Positions 22,604-33,373 of a stretch of 35,783 nucleotides of DNA are shown piece by piece; the stretch's first letter is position 1, and each line of letters begins with the position of its first letter. A program made the position numbers and the translations under genes. This stretch comes from Octopus bimaculoides (taxonomy: Eukaryota), in NCBI RefSeq assembly GCF_001194135.2, contig NC_068988.1:84909334-84945116 (forward strand), written 5' to 3'. The notes below the pieces were generated by a model. That model saw nothing but the letters and a program-made list of their open reading frames with translations. It did no database searches and was not told where the DNA came from.

Positions 22604-25600
22604 ATGGATCTCAGATCAAATCACTTGTCTGGGAAGTAGACCTCTGAAATTATATGTATATAATATATTTATATTTATAATGCCACTTACATTTATTTAA
22701 GTTTTACAATACTATAACACTACAGAATAATTTTATTTTTTGAGATAATCATTAATATGTTTAAAATATGTTGAAAAATATGTTGAAAAATAAAAAGATA
22801 GTCAAATACAGGGTGGGGCAGAGAGGACGAATGCTTTTGAAATGGCTATTACTCAGCTCCAGAAGGAGGGACATATGTCTGACAGGTACCATTTAGTCCA
22901 TGGTGTCTTAGTATTTTTTTTCTTTTCAGATGAAGCTATGGTGCTGTGGATGATAGAGCATTGCGTGTTTGCCTATCACAGTTATGTGAAGAATAATGAG
23001 TCTGTCACAGCAGTTCAGTATGAGGTTTGACACCACTTCAACATTCACTGAAATCAGGCTGTTCCCCACTGTAACACAATGTTATGTTGGGTGAAAGCAC
23101 TTCATACACGAGACTGGTGGAACACGTCAGACAAGCTTTGATACGAAGTCTGAATCACTCTGCTCGGAGCCATTCCACTGAACTTGGCATCGGTAATCGA
23201 TTGGCAAGGTGCATTTTGCATGAAGATCTGCATTTCCACCCATACAAATTGGTCATTAGGCAACAGTTGAAACCATGGGACTATGCACAGCACCTTAACT
23301 TTGCACGACAGATGGATGCAATTTTTGAGGCAAATGACAACCTCATTTTGTTAATGAGTGATGAAGCTCATTTTCATCTCAATGGCATGATGAATCAACA
23401 GAACTGTCATTATTGGGCTCTTGAAAATCTGAGAGAACTGCATGAAAGACCACTGCACAGCCCCAAAGTGATGGTCAGGTATGCTGTTGGAAAAGCTGCC
23501 ATCATTGGTCCTTACTTTTTTGAAGATAATAATGGAAATGCTGTTACTGTGAACTCTGAGCGATACATCAAGATGATTAACAACTTCTTTGTGCCTGAAT
23601 TATGACAAAAACGTATACCTACTTGATGTGTAGGATGGGGTGACGGCCCATAGAGCCAGAGCATCAATGGACGTTCTTTGCCCTCTCTTCAGTGGTTGCC
23701 TCATTTCCAGGTGTGCTGAAATTCCTTCGCCCCCTCAGTCTCCTGATTTATCCATGTGTGATTATTTCTTATGGAGAAGCCTCCCCATACACTGGATGAT
23801 TTGGAGGAAGCTATTCGTGTGGAAGTTGCCCAAATTGACAGAACAATGCTGGAGAGAGTGTAGGTCAACTTCCAAGAACACTTTCAGAAATGCATCAATG
23901 TAAACAGTTACTACATGATGGATGTTGTTTTCCACATTTGATTTTGACAAATGCTAATTCAATATGAACACATTGATGTCAATAAAATTTATTTGCAGGT
24001 AAAATTAATGATTTTGTGAATTTTTCAAAAACGTATGTCCTATCTGCCCTACCCTACGATATTCGATACATAATAAAAACCAAGAACCAATTGATAAAAT
24101 GTACTCAAGCTGTAAAAAGGATAAAAAGTTAGGATGAATAGTGAGTTGTAGTAACTAAGCTACATAGGGAACATACAAGGGAGATGTGGTTCTTTGACCC
24201 ATCTAGGAATGTAGTAATTCTCAACAAGAACTGATGCAGATCTTTACAGCTTGTCCAACACATGCCAGTATGGAAATCAGATGTAAAATGGTGAAGCAAA
24301 TGATGATGAGATGGAGGGTTAGGTTAGGACAATTGTGCTGATGATGAATATTGAGGTAGAAACATGTGACCATGACCATCCTCTTATCTCCAGACAATAA
24401 GCCTGTCCATTTCCTTAATGGCATATCAGTTTTGAAGAAGCCTCGATTCTTAAGATTGTCTCCCCTCGTCATAGGGAGTTCTAAACTGTCATTTGTTAAC
24501 CATGACACATCCTTCAGAGATGGAGATAATTGTAATAAATGTAGAATTTATGTTGAATGGTATTTCATACACCTGTATTTGTACATGTATATATTACCTT
24601 GCTTTCTCCAATTCAGATTGAAGATGTTCCGTAAGCAACCTGATGAGGTCAGTGTAGGTACCCTGGTTAGTTTCAGATATCTACAAAATATAAATCAATA
24701 ATGAACATTTCATTTTATTGTTATTGCAATTGATGCTTCATTAAATGTTCTTATAACAATCTTATCTGATAATAGTTTTACCTTATAATATTTTTGCCAA
24801 AGTAGTTTACACTTGAAAATATTTTTGTTTCATATGATTTTTTTGTGCCATAATATAACATGATTAGCTTATGATAAGATTTTGAACCTGATTGTATTAT
24901 ACCTGTTTGTAGCCATTTTAATGTGTTATACATTTTCTAGTTTTATAGCATTTTTATTGTATTACATCTACTATATTTAATTTGATACAACATTTCTAGT
25001 GTATTATAAAATATTTTACACATCGTAACATTTTTTCACTGTGTGTATCCCTTGACTGTGTGTACCTCAGTTTTTGAGGCAACTAACAGAGTTGGCACCA
25101 GGATGGGGACCTGGGCATAAAACTCTGCTTCAAAAGTAAACAATGATGAGTATGATTAATTAAGAAGCTTATCATGGACCCACAAGGCTAACAGAGCTTT
25201 GGCATAGAAAAGGGATTTAAAATATTTGTTGTTACTGCTGGTGTTGAATTATAAAGATTTTATTTTAGGTTTTTGTCTTAAATACTAAAGGTAAAAGGTT
25301 CATGGCCTAGTGGTTAGAATGTTGTACTCTTGATTGCTAATTCATAGGTTGTGTTCTGGAGCAAAACATGTTATTACATGTTGTTCAAAACCACTCAGCT
25401 GTAAATGGTTAATTCTTCAATGGACTGGTGTTTCCTTCAGAAGAAATGTTGAACTGCCCTCCTAGCCATTGGAGTGGCATTATTTAAAAGCTACAACAGT
25501 GCAAAGAAGCACATAGTGACAAATGGTGTAAAGCAACATCTAATAGTTAGTTTGATACTAGAAAGTTGCCTGTCATATTACAGGTAACTATGGAAGTATA

Positions 25601-28600
25601 CATTTGCTAGTATGGGTAATATCAAGAAATATGTCATACATACCATAATTATAATGTAACTTTTTATCAAATTTCTTGTTCATCATCATCATCGTTTAAT
25701 GTTCGCTTTCCATGCTAGCATGGGTTGGACGATCTGACTGAGGACTGGTGAACCAGATGGCTACACCAGGCTTCAATCTGATTTGGCAGAGTTTCTACAG
25801 CTGGATGCCCTTCCTATCGCCAAGCACTCCGAGTGTGTGGTGGGTATTTTTCGTGCCACTAGCACGAAGGCCAGTCAGGCGGCACTGGCAATGACCTCGC
25901 TCGAATGTCTTTTCACGTGCCACCGGCACAAGTGCCAGGAAGGCGATACTGGTAATGATTATGCTCAAATGGTGCTATTTGCGTGCCACTGGCACGGAAG
26001 CCAGACAGCTGCTCTGGCAACGATCACACTCAGATGGTGCTCTTAGCTCTCCACTGGTACAGGTGCCATCACGATTTCACTTTCACTTGACAAAATGATG
26101 AAATAGGTACTAATTTTCAAAAGAAAAACTTTTATAACTCTCTCATTTATTCCTTCTCCTCCTCCTCCTCCTCTGCCACTCTAATTCTTTCTCACTGTGT
26201 GTGTTATGTTCCTTTATTCATTGCTTGCTACCAAACCTAGTATGTGCTCTCATCCTGCATTTCTTATGTTAGTTCTCCCTGCATCTCTCTTTTACTCTCT
26301 TTTCCTCTCTCTGTGATGCAAAGCATAACTGGAGAAATCAACCAACCAACATTTATATCAGTTATTACCAAATAAAGATTCTGCCATAATATAGAAATTT
26401 TACTTTGTAATCCTTTTAAATATCTTCATTCATTATTTATAACTTACTGTAATGTTTTGGTAGATAAAGCAGTTAAGAGTATGAAGACAAGGAAAGCCCC
26501 CGGCCCATCAAGAATCACTGCAGAGATGCTCAAAATATCTGGCGGTGTCAGCTATAGCCTAGTCACCTGTATAGCTAACCAGGTGATACATGAAGGTGTC
26601 ATACCCAATGACTGGTGTAGCAGCACCATAGTCAACTGCTACAAAGGTAAAGGTGACGCTTTAGATACAAATAATTACAGAGGTATCAAGTTGTTGGATC
26701 AGGTAATGAAAATCACGGAGAGGGTCATAGCCCAACTAATTAGGGAGAGAGTCAGTTTAGATGAGATGCAGTTTGGTTTCGTGCCAGGGAAAAGCACCAC
26801 TGATGCTATATTTCAGGTAAGACAGCTGCAGGAGAAATACCTAGCCAAAGATAAACATCTGTACCTGGCTTCTGTTGACATGGAGAAAGCCTTTGACAGG
26901 GTCCCCCGATCCCTTATCTGGTGGTCAATGAGGAAACTAGGGATGGAAGAATGGTTAGTGAGAGCTGTGCGAGCCATGTACAGGGACACTGTCAGTAAGG
27001 TGAGGGTTGGGTATAGGTAGGGGTCCACCAAGATTCAGTCCTCAGCCCCCTCCTATTTATCATAATCCTCCAGGCAATAACAGAGAAATTCAAGACAGGA
27101 TGCCCCTGGAAGCTCCTCTATGCTGATGACCTTGCTCTAATTGCTGAGTCATTATCAGAACTAAGGAGAAGTTTCAGGTGTGGAAGCAAGGATTAGAATC
27201 AAAGGGCCTTAGAGTCAACCTAGCTAAAACCAAAGTCCTAATAAGTAGGAAGGCAGACAAAGTACAAATCCTTTCAGGTAGATGGCCCTGCTCAATCTGT
27301 AGAAAAGGTGTAGGTAGAAACTCTATAAGATGTACCCAGTGTAAGCTATGGATACATAAGAGGTGCAGCAATATCAAAGGAAGGCTAACTAGCAAGATAG
27401 TTTTTGTTTGTAGCAGATGCTCAGGAGCAATAAACACTGAAAATGTGCAGAGAACAACTTCTGTTACATTCCAGGGAGAAAAACTAGAAGTAGTTGATAG
27501 CTTCCGTTTCCTAGGTGATCAAGTCAGTAGCGGGGGTGGGTGCTCTGAAAGTGTAGCTGCTAGAATAAGAATAACCTGGGCAAAGTTCAGAGAGCTCCTA
27601 CTTCTGCTGGTGACAAAGGGCCTCTCGCTCAGAGTAAAAGGCAGACTGTATGACGCATGTGTACGAACAGCTATGCAACATGGCAGTGAAACATGGGCTG
27701 TGACTGCTGAGGACATGCATAAGCTTGCAAGGGACGAAGCCAGTATGCTCTGCTGGATGTGTAATGTCAGTGTGCATACTAGACAGAGTATAAGTGCCTT
27801 GAGAGAAAAGTTGGACCTAAGAAGCATCTAATGTGGTGTGCAAGAGAGACGACTGCACTGGTATGGTCATGTGGTGAGAATGGATGAAAAAGCTGTGTGA
27901 AAAAGTGTCTCACCCTAGTGGTTGAAGGAACCTGTGGAAGAGGTAGACCCAGGAAGACCTGGGATGAGGTGGTGAAGCACGATATTCGAATATTAGGCCT
28001 CACTGAGGCAATGACTAGTGACTGAGACCTTTGGAAATATCCTGTGCTTGAGAAGACCCGGCAAGCCAAGTGAGACCATAATCTGTGGCCTATGCCAGTG
28101 GTGTAACCAGCCCACTGTACCTTTCCTTCATTGGACACTAAACTCTGCTTGTGAAGATCTATTGAGGCAAGTGAAATAGAAATCAAATTCAATGACAGCA
28201 CTGCATGACTGGCATCTGTGCTAGTGGAACACTAAGAGCACCATCCGAGCGTGATCATTGTCAGGGCCACTGACTGGTTCTCTTGCCAGTGGCATGTAAA
28301 AAGCACCATTCGAGCGTGATGTGATCGTTACCAGCATCACCTTAATGGCACGTTGAAAACAACATTTGAGCGAGGTCATTGTCAGTGCTGCTGGACTGGC
28401 TCCTGTGCAGGTGGCACGTAAAAGACACCATCCGAGCATGGCCATTACCAGTACTGCCTGATTGGCCCTTGTGCCAATGGCATGTAAAAGCACCCATTAC
28501 ACTCTTGGAGTGGTTGGCATTAGGAAGAGCATCCAGTTGTAGAAACTCTGCCAGATCAGAATGGAGCCTGGTGTAGCCATCTGGCTTGCCAGTCCTCAGT

Positions 28601-31600
28601 CAAACCGTCAAACCTATGCCAGCATGGAAAGTGGACGTTAAACGATGATGATGATTCAATCATGAAATTATTTTACTATAAAATTTCCAACTTATAGGGA
28701 TTTCTGATATTTTTTACACCTTAAAACATTTTTACTTTAAATTTTCATCAATACAATATTTTTCTATATCATAATATAACAATTTACTTTGAGTATTTTT
28801 ATCTCACTAAAGTAAAATTAGAAGGTTTTGAGATATGACAATGGTATAATAATATGTTATACTAATGTGATATAGTTAATCTTGTACATTGGGATATTAC
28901 ACATTAGCATAATATATGTTTGCATATGATCTACCAATATGTAATATATTATAATGTTACATTATGTTTGGAAATATATTAGTATATACATATATTAGTG
29001 TGCAATATATCGGTGTGATACATTAGTATATTAGATATTACAAGATATATTAGTGTGTGATATATATATATATATGTAATATATTACTATATTGTATATA
29101 ACTATGTGAAAGATAAATATATTATACATTATGTGGTATGCTACAGTGTAATATAATTATGAGATATATATCAGGATGTGATGTATCAGTATATGATACA
29201 TGTGTATGTATTATATGAGTATGTGATAAATTGTTAACATATACATTAGTATGTGATATACCAGCATGTTTTTATTAGTATATAATATACTTGCTCCTGA
29301 ATCTCAATATAATATAAAATAAGCTATATATAAACATGTGATACATCTCACCAATGAAGTACTATTAAATAATATTGAATCCCTACCTTAATGACATGAT
29401 CATCAATATCCTTAAAGACAGAGGGATCGGTGTAAATTTCACTCTTCCGACAACTTGGAGGATGAGGTGATGGAGGTTCAGAAGAAACAGGAAGCTTGAC
29501 AAATTCATTAACTACTTGGTCAATTCTTTCTGAATCTTCCTTGTCTAATTCCATGTTAGAAATATCAGCATCTGAAGCCTGTAAAGAAATTGGATAGAGA
29601 GATCAATTTACTGTTTTTGTATTGTATAAGTTTTAATCAATTAAGTGAAAGATTGTAGAACTGGGTCAAGACAATTGTACCAGGTGGTCAGTGGTAATTG
29701 AAGTCTGTAAGAAAGCTAAGTAGGTTAAGTGACAAGTTTACTGGTTTCGTATTGATACAGGGTTTCTTGATTTATGTGAAGTAATGGAGAGCCAGGAGTA
29801 CAGTGGATGAAGTTAACTGTAGTAACTGGTCAGTAATGATTCAAGTCAATTATACCAGTTGGTTAATACTATTGCTGACCAGATGGTCAGTGATAACTCA
29901 ATGTACAGTATCAAACCAATGGTGACTGCATAATTATACCCACCAAGTGGTCAGTCAAGACACAGTGAACTGAACTAGTCAGTCAATGATAGCTTGAATA
30001 ATATATAAATACGTCAGTGAATGACAGTTCTGTGGTTTTGTTCTAACTCAGTCACAGGTTATCTTTGTTGAGAGGTGAGCTACATGAGATATAGGTCATT
30101 ATCAAATGAGTCCCATAACTAAGAAAATTCTAAGTAATTTTTCATTAGGCATACCATTCAGAAAATCTTGTGGGCAGCAAGTTATCCATGGCCATTCTAG
30201 CTGGTTAATGATAACTTGTTGCTCATTGATTTGCAACAGTTTAAATGGAAGATTAATGACATCAGTATCACTGGTCTCAGAGGAACCACAAATTTGTCAA
30301 GAGCATTGTCCCTTCCTCCAGACCCCAAAATAAGTGTGCCATACCACATAGTCTGTGATGATTGAAATGTACCACATAAGTCAGTGACAGATTAATGGTT
30401 CTGTACCAGATGGTCAGCGAACTATGATAGATGTTCATTGACAGCCCAAATTAAGAGAACCTAATGGTCAGTAGTGACTTGAGTGGACTCAAGATCAAAC
30501 CCAAAGATCATTTCATTTATAGATACAATGATGACAATGATGATCTTATCATGGGCAAACTGTGACCTGCAGGACTTTCTGAATGGCATGCCTAAAAAAA
30601 AATTAACTTTTGAATTTTTTTTTTAATAGTCCACTTCTCAAAAAAGGTCAGTCATACCTGTCATACACAGAGCTTAGATGCTCTACAACTTCTCAGAAAA
30701 GGGTAAAAGATGGGATAGAAAGCAACAAGTTAGATGGGATAGAAAGCAACAAGTTGAGTATAGAAAGACAGAAATGAAAGTAAAGACACTATAAGCAGTT
30801 GAATAAACAAACACAATTTTAGGTATTTTCTGCTCACTCATTACAAGATTGTGATTTTGACTTAGAAAATTTTCAGTAGGATGTAGAAAGATCTTGATCA
30901 ATAACATTTGTTTGTCCACATTAAGTGACATGGCGAATTACACTCTGTAGTGTAGATGTGATGCAGTCTAACTTGCATGAATATAATTTACTTACATTTG
31001 ATTTCTCTGTTTTCTCCTCGAGCAACTCATTTTTAAGTTCTGTACACAGCTCATTCTTCATTTCTGAGAAAAGTTTCAACATTTGAGCACTCTGCCTCTT
31101 CACCATTGTAGATGTTTGCTCCTGTGCAATCTCTCGTAGTCGTATTGTCAAATTCTGCTTCTTCCTCTCTCGTTTTAAAGTCATTGTTTTTGCCAGATTT
31201 TTCTTCTGGTTTTCAAACTGAATAGTCATTGCCTGTGAAATAGCATTAAAGATTTGTCAATCATGAAATAACTAGTGTTAAAAGGAAACAGGAGCAAGTT
31301 GGACAAAGAGCCTTGCAGTATTTAGTTGATAACATTGATGTTCAAAGTTCAAATCTTACAAAGGTAATTCTTTTATAGGTGTGTACAATTATCCTTTACA
31401 AGGTACCATGCACACACACATGTAAAACCATACATGGATGAGCTTGTAGTAACGCCTTGTCTCGTGCGCATGCGTAGTCATCAATATCCAAGTTTGGCGC
31501 CCTGATTCTTTCTCTTTTCTCACCGACCGGCGACGATGGCAGACGTCCAACAGCGGAGCTCTCTAACATGTCAGCATCAGAGCTTCACAAATAACTGCTG

Positions 31601-32098
31601 CCTATTTTCACCATAAATAAATATTGTTGTGTTGATAGTTTGGAGTTCTGCGTTACGTTGTTATTTAGAATTTAATATAGGAAAGCAGGTGTACACCTAA
31701 TGGTGTATAACCACTTTCCTATAAGCTGAATGAATGACTCTACACAGCATATAGCTGTATCTAGAAAATTTCACAACACTGCTGATACCTACCACCCTGC
31801 TCCTCCCCCACTACCACCACCACATTTATTTGATAAAAAGCTTATCTTAAAGACAGTGTTTGGTTAGCTAGAAACTGACCTTTATTTCACCATCTTCTAT
31901 TTTGTTCTTGCTTTTAGAAGTGTATTTTTTGGTCAATTCATGCAGCTTAGTTTCCCATTCCTCCTCGATTTGTTGAGACAGTTTCTCATGTTCCTGTTTT
32001 CCTTGTTCTTGGAATGATTTCAGGAGTTCATCTTCTTCTTTCTGTAGTTGTTGTTCCAATTTCTTTTGAAGATCAAATAATTCTTCTCGTTTGCGGAT
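9621..32098 (-). CDS. Hil: Hillarin-like gene, 3' part: join(32098-31880, 31232-30996, 29578-29387, 24680-24598, 15714-15571, 13500-13345, 11097-9621) = 2508 nt = 835 aa + stop; N-terminal (LIM-like) exons are outside the window
   Basis: All seven exons have AG acceptors, the six introns have GT donors, and phases match (0,0,0,2,2,2), giving one open frame. Hillarin/KY-family motifs: coiled coil; RAIYRWIT; [22 protein letters not shown]; [11 protein letters not shown]; [25 protein letters not shown]; [19 protein letters not shown]. Confidence 0.88.
11279..11510 (+). mobile_element. Short PLE-type repeat in a (TA)n tract, carrying a hammerhead-like motif at 11354-11386
   Basis: TTT-CCAACGA-A-GAGC tcc GCTC-GAAA-CG-T-C-AAA; same layout as the minus-strand repeat at 19020-19250 (pyrimidine tract, motif, ttccYgagcgt, ttgttgtt). 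Confidence 0.6.
11570..11770 (-). mobile_element. Possible highly decayed Penelope-like RT C-terminal remnant
   Basis: PTDTYQ..H (11733-) and SQGL (11658-) in frame, 25 codons apart, then ICS after a frameshift; resembles the PLE motif KPTD...YSQ.LR..RICS. Confidence 0.35.
13345..13500 (-). CDS. Hil: Hillarin-like exon ([21 protein letters not shown]...LVQCNWGAR), 156 nt, phase 2/2; not in the ORF track
   Basis: Acceptor cttatttcag|T TAT, donor GCG AG|gtaaga; KY/hillarin WNAI..G.W.LV..WG motif. Confidence 0.92.
15571..15714 (-). CDS. Hil: Hillarin-like exon ([12 protein letters not shown]...[13 protein letters not shown]), 144 nt, phase 2/2
   Basis: Acceptor gtctag|A GCA, donor TGC AG|gtaaag; transglutaminase-like core. 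Confidence 0.9.
16452..16525 (-). ncRNA. Type-I hammerhead ribozyme candidate, intact core (left arm)
   Basis: GGGAT-CTGATGA(16514-16508)-stem II-GAAA(16476-73)-CC CAG GG-T-A(16464)-ATCCC; perfect 5-bp stem I. Confidence 0.75.
16861..16934 (+). ncRNA. Type-I hammerhead ribozyme candidate, intact core (right arm)
   Basis: GGAAT-CTGATGA(16872-78)-...TAAAGC taatc GCTTTA...-GAAA(16910-13)-CC CAG GG-T-A(16922)-ATCCC. Confidence 0.75.
17025..17328 (+). mobile_element. 5'-truncated RTE LINE 3'UTR with (GAT)n tail
   Basis: Homologous to 28350-28655 (gtggcacgtaaaagcacc units, gttaggaagggcatccagctgtagaaa, GAT tail). Confidence 0.85.
17439..17713. other. Assembly gap (other gaps: 11184-11225, 19333-20068, 33618-33627)
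   Basis: N runs. Confidence 1.
17860..18240. repeat. Microsatellite-rich local palindrome (inverted duplication)
   Basis: gagtgagtgaaggggtgtgttgtcatgtatacgtacatacataaat...atgcatacatcctttttgtatg recurs inverted at about 18090-18170. Confidence 0.8.
19020..19250 (-). mobile_element. Short PLE-type repeat between microsatellites, with a hammerhead-like motif at 19172-19137
   Basis: Minus strand CTTT-CTGTTGA-A-GAGC atag GCTC-GAAA-CG-T-T-AAAG; perfect stems I and II; ACGT palindrome as stem III. Confidence 0.65.
20355..20860. repeat. About 500-bp intronic palindrome/foldback
   Basis: Outer arms about 20355-20496 and 20718-20860 are reverse-complementary (ttaacaattgtatttaacaca.atgaagttatgtggggtttt...); inner halves show weaker inverted similarity; centre near gtacgtac at about 20600. 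Confidence 0.8.
22290..22485 (+). mobile_element. SINE/RTE-tail 3' fragment
   Basis: gtgaaaagcacccagtacactttgtaaagtggttggcattaggaagggcat...cagtcaaactgtccaatccatg. Confidence 0.6.
22809..24056 (+). mobile_element. Decayed Tc1/mariner-superfamily transposon, DD41D (rosa/Visitor-type)
   Basis: Imperfect TIRs cagggtggggcagagaggac... / ...gtcctatctgccctaccct; TA at 22807-08; [28 protein letters not shown]; 41 residues counted between D of DGVTAH (23634) and D of CDYFLW. Confidence 0.88.
24598..24680 (-). CDS. Hil: Hillarin-like exon ([28 protein letters not shown]), 83 nt, phase 0/2; not in the ORF track
   Basis: Acceptor tattttgtag|ATA, donor AAG|gtaata; TYTDLIR...EKAR matches the family segment preceding AIYRWIT and closes the frame. 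Confidence 0.85.
25681..26089 (-). mobile_element. RTE LINE 3'UTR fragment, antisense copy
   Basis: (CAT)n tail at 25681; reverse-complement homology to about 28168-28655. Confidence 0.85.
26455..28655 (+). mobile_element. 5'-truncated RTE-clade LINE (RT with inserted PHD finger, about 580-nt 3'UTR, (GAT)4 tail); pseudogenised
   Basis: [48 protein letters not shown] at 27119-27130, RGRPRKTW, stop at 28071-73; small deletion after VRVG plus frameshifts; no endonuclease region. Confidence 0.93.
29387..29578 (-). CDS. Hil: Hillarin-like exon ([12 protein letters not shown]...[25 protein letters not shown]), 192 nt, phase 0/0
   Basis: Acceptor tttctttacag|GCT, donor AAG|gtaggg; Pro-rich linker then the start of the transglutaminase-like region. 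Confidence 0.85.
29677..30474. repeat. Dispersed degenerate intronic repeat, core ACCAGRTGGTCAGTGA (about 8 copies)
   Basis: Copies near 29677, 29822, 29853, 29877, 29942, 29973, 30369, 30403, 30459. Confidence 0.6.
30708..30755. repeat. Perfect 24-bp tandem duplication (agatgggatagaaagcaacaagtt x2)
   Basis: Directly visible. Confidence 0.9.
30996..31232 (-). CDS. Hil: Hillarin-like exon (coiled coil, [25 protein letters not shown]...EKSN), 237 nt, phase 0/0
   Basis: Acceptor tttcacag|GCA, donor AAT|gtaagt; [14 protein letters not shown] resembles the hillarin coiled coil. Confidence 0.85.
31450..31560. promoter_or_regulatory. CpG-dense promoter-like patch with NRF1-type TGCGCATGCG motif
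   Basis: 11 CpGs in 110 bp in otherwise CpG-poor DNA; TGCGCATGCG at 31465-74; gacgATGGca at 31532-41. Confidence 0.35.
31880..32098 (-). CDS. Hil: Hillarin-like exon (coiled coil, [16 protein letters not shown]...GEIK), 219 nt, phase 0/0
   Basis: Acceptor ttttgcag|ATC, donor AAG|gtcagt; E/K/Q-rich helical peptide. Confidence 0.85.
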
Positions 32099-32279
32099 CT
32101 GCAAAAGAAGAAAACAAAAATATGAAGAAATAGAAAACAAACAAAAATGCAATGTAAAAATAGAGAAAACAAAAGAGGGAAAGAAAATAAATGATATACA
32201 CTGATTCCTGCTTCTTCTGTTTAAGAATTATTTTCTGTTGCCCATTGGTATTAAAATATTTGGTTTTTCTTCCTATCTT

Positions 32280-32664
32280 TTACTTGTTTCAGTCAATGGA
32301 CTGCAGCCATGCTAGGGGCATTACCTTGAAGGGATTAGTTGAATAATGAATTGACCCCAGTACTTATTTTTTAAGCCTAGCACTTACTCTATTAGACTCT
32401 TTTGTCGAACCACAAGACATAAACAAACTAACACTAGCTATCAAGTGGTGGTGGGGGACAAAGACAAAGACAATGACAAACACACATAGCTATGCATACA
32501 TGCATACACATACACACACACGTCAGCATGATGGGTTTCATTCAGTTTCCATCTACCAAATCTACTCATGAAGCTTTGGTTGGCCTGGGGCTAGCTACAG
32601 TAGAAGACTGAACCCAAGATCATACGGTTGGAAAGCAAACTTCTTACCCATACAGCCACGCCTA
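32280..32664 (-). mobile_element. tRNA-derived SINE (same family as 875-1272)
   Basis: Shared blocks tttcagtttccatctaccaaatc.actca..agctttggt and aagcaaacttcttac...acagcc. Confidence 0.65.
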
Positions 32665-33315
32665 AGTTCCTGAATTAAGCATCATCATCATTACTCCTTC
32701 CACCACCAATACTGTCAACAGCATAACTACCACTACTGTTGCCATAGTCACCACCAAGACAACCATGATCAACATCACTATGACCAATAGCGCCATCATT
32801 ACCGCCGCCACCGCCACTGCCTCTGTTGCTCCCAGCCTCAACTTGTCTACCTCTCCATCAACGTTAATTTAAGATAAAACTTATCCCCTTCCTACTAATC
32901 ACAAAGACATTTCTAGGAAACAAGATGACCGCAACAACATAAACATGTTTGAAACTTTAATTACTTGCATGTTAGTGATGACTGGCATGGTAAGGGAAAA
33001 CAAAACAGGATCATTAAGTCATTATTTTAGATATTAATTGGTGGTGATAACTATTGCATGCTTCAGGTTGCATGTAATTTAATTTCATATCCTTTACACT
33101 GCAAATTCTTTTGGGAAAGGAACGAACAACACAACAAAACCTTTACTTTTCTCTCATCCTTCTAGAATAGAATGTCTTGGTATCTAGTTAAAACAAAGTA
33201 GTAAATGTACTGAGTTTTTACCATTTCTTCAAGTTTGAAATTTAATTAAAAAAAACAAAACAGGTGAATGACAGAATAGGTAAAAATTCAGATAAAATAT
33301 TCAGGTATTGTTCCT

Positions 33316-33373
33316 ATACATCCTGTGTTCAAATCCCAAGTAATGTTTCAATACATCCTGTGTTCAAATCCCA
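33316..33373 (+). repeat. 23-bp direct repeat (atacatcctgtgttcaaatccca) with 35-bp period, B-box-like
   Basis: Copies at 33316-33338 and 33351-33373; GTTCAAATCC resembles a Pol III B box. Confidence 0.75.

Noticed and set aside
28200-30474. CRISPR-like reading of the spaced repeats (RTE 3'UTR units; 29677-30474 motifs)
   Set aside because: Eukaryotic context, degenerate repeats, irregular or homologous spacers, and no cas genes.
30683-30931. 82-aa ORF with a repeated [18 protein letters not shown]-type peptide as an alternative exon
   Set aside because: The repeat is just the 24-bp tandem duplication; no convincing splice sites, and the flanking exons already join in frame.
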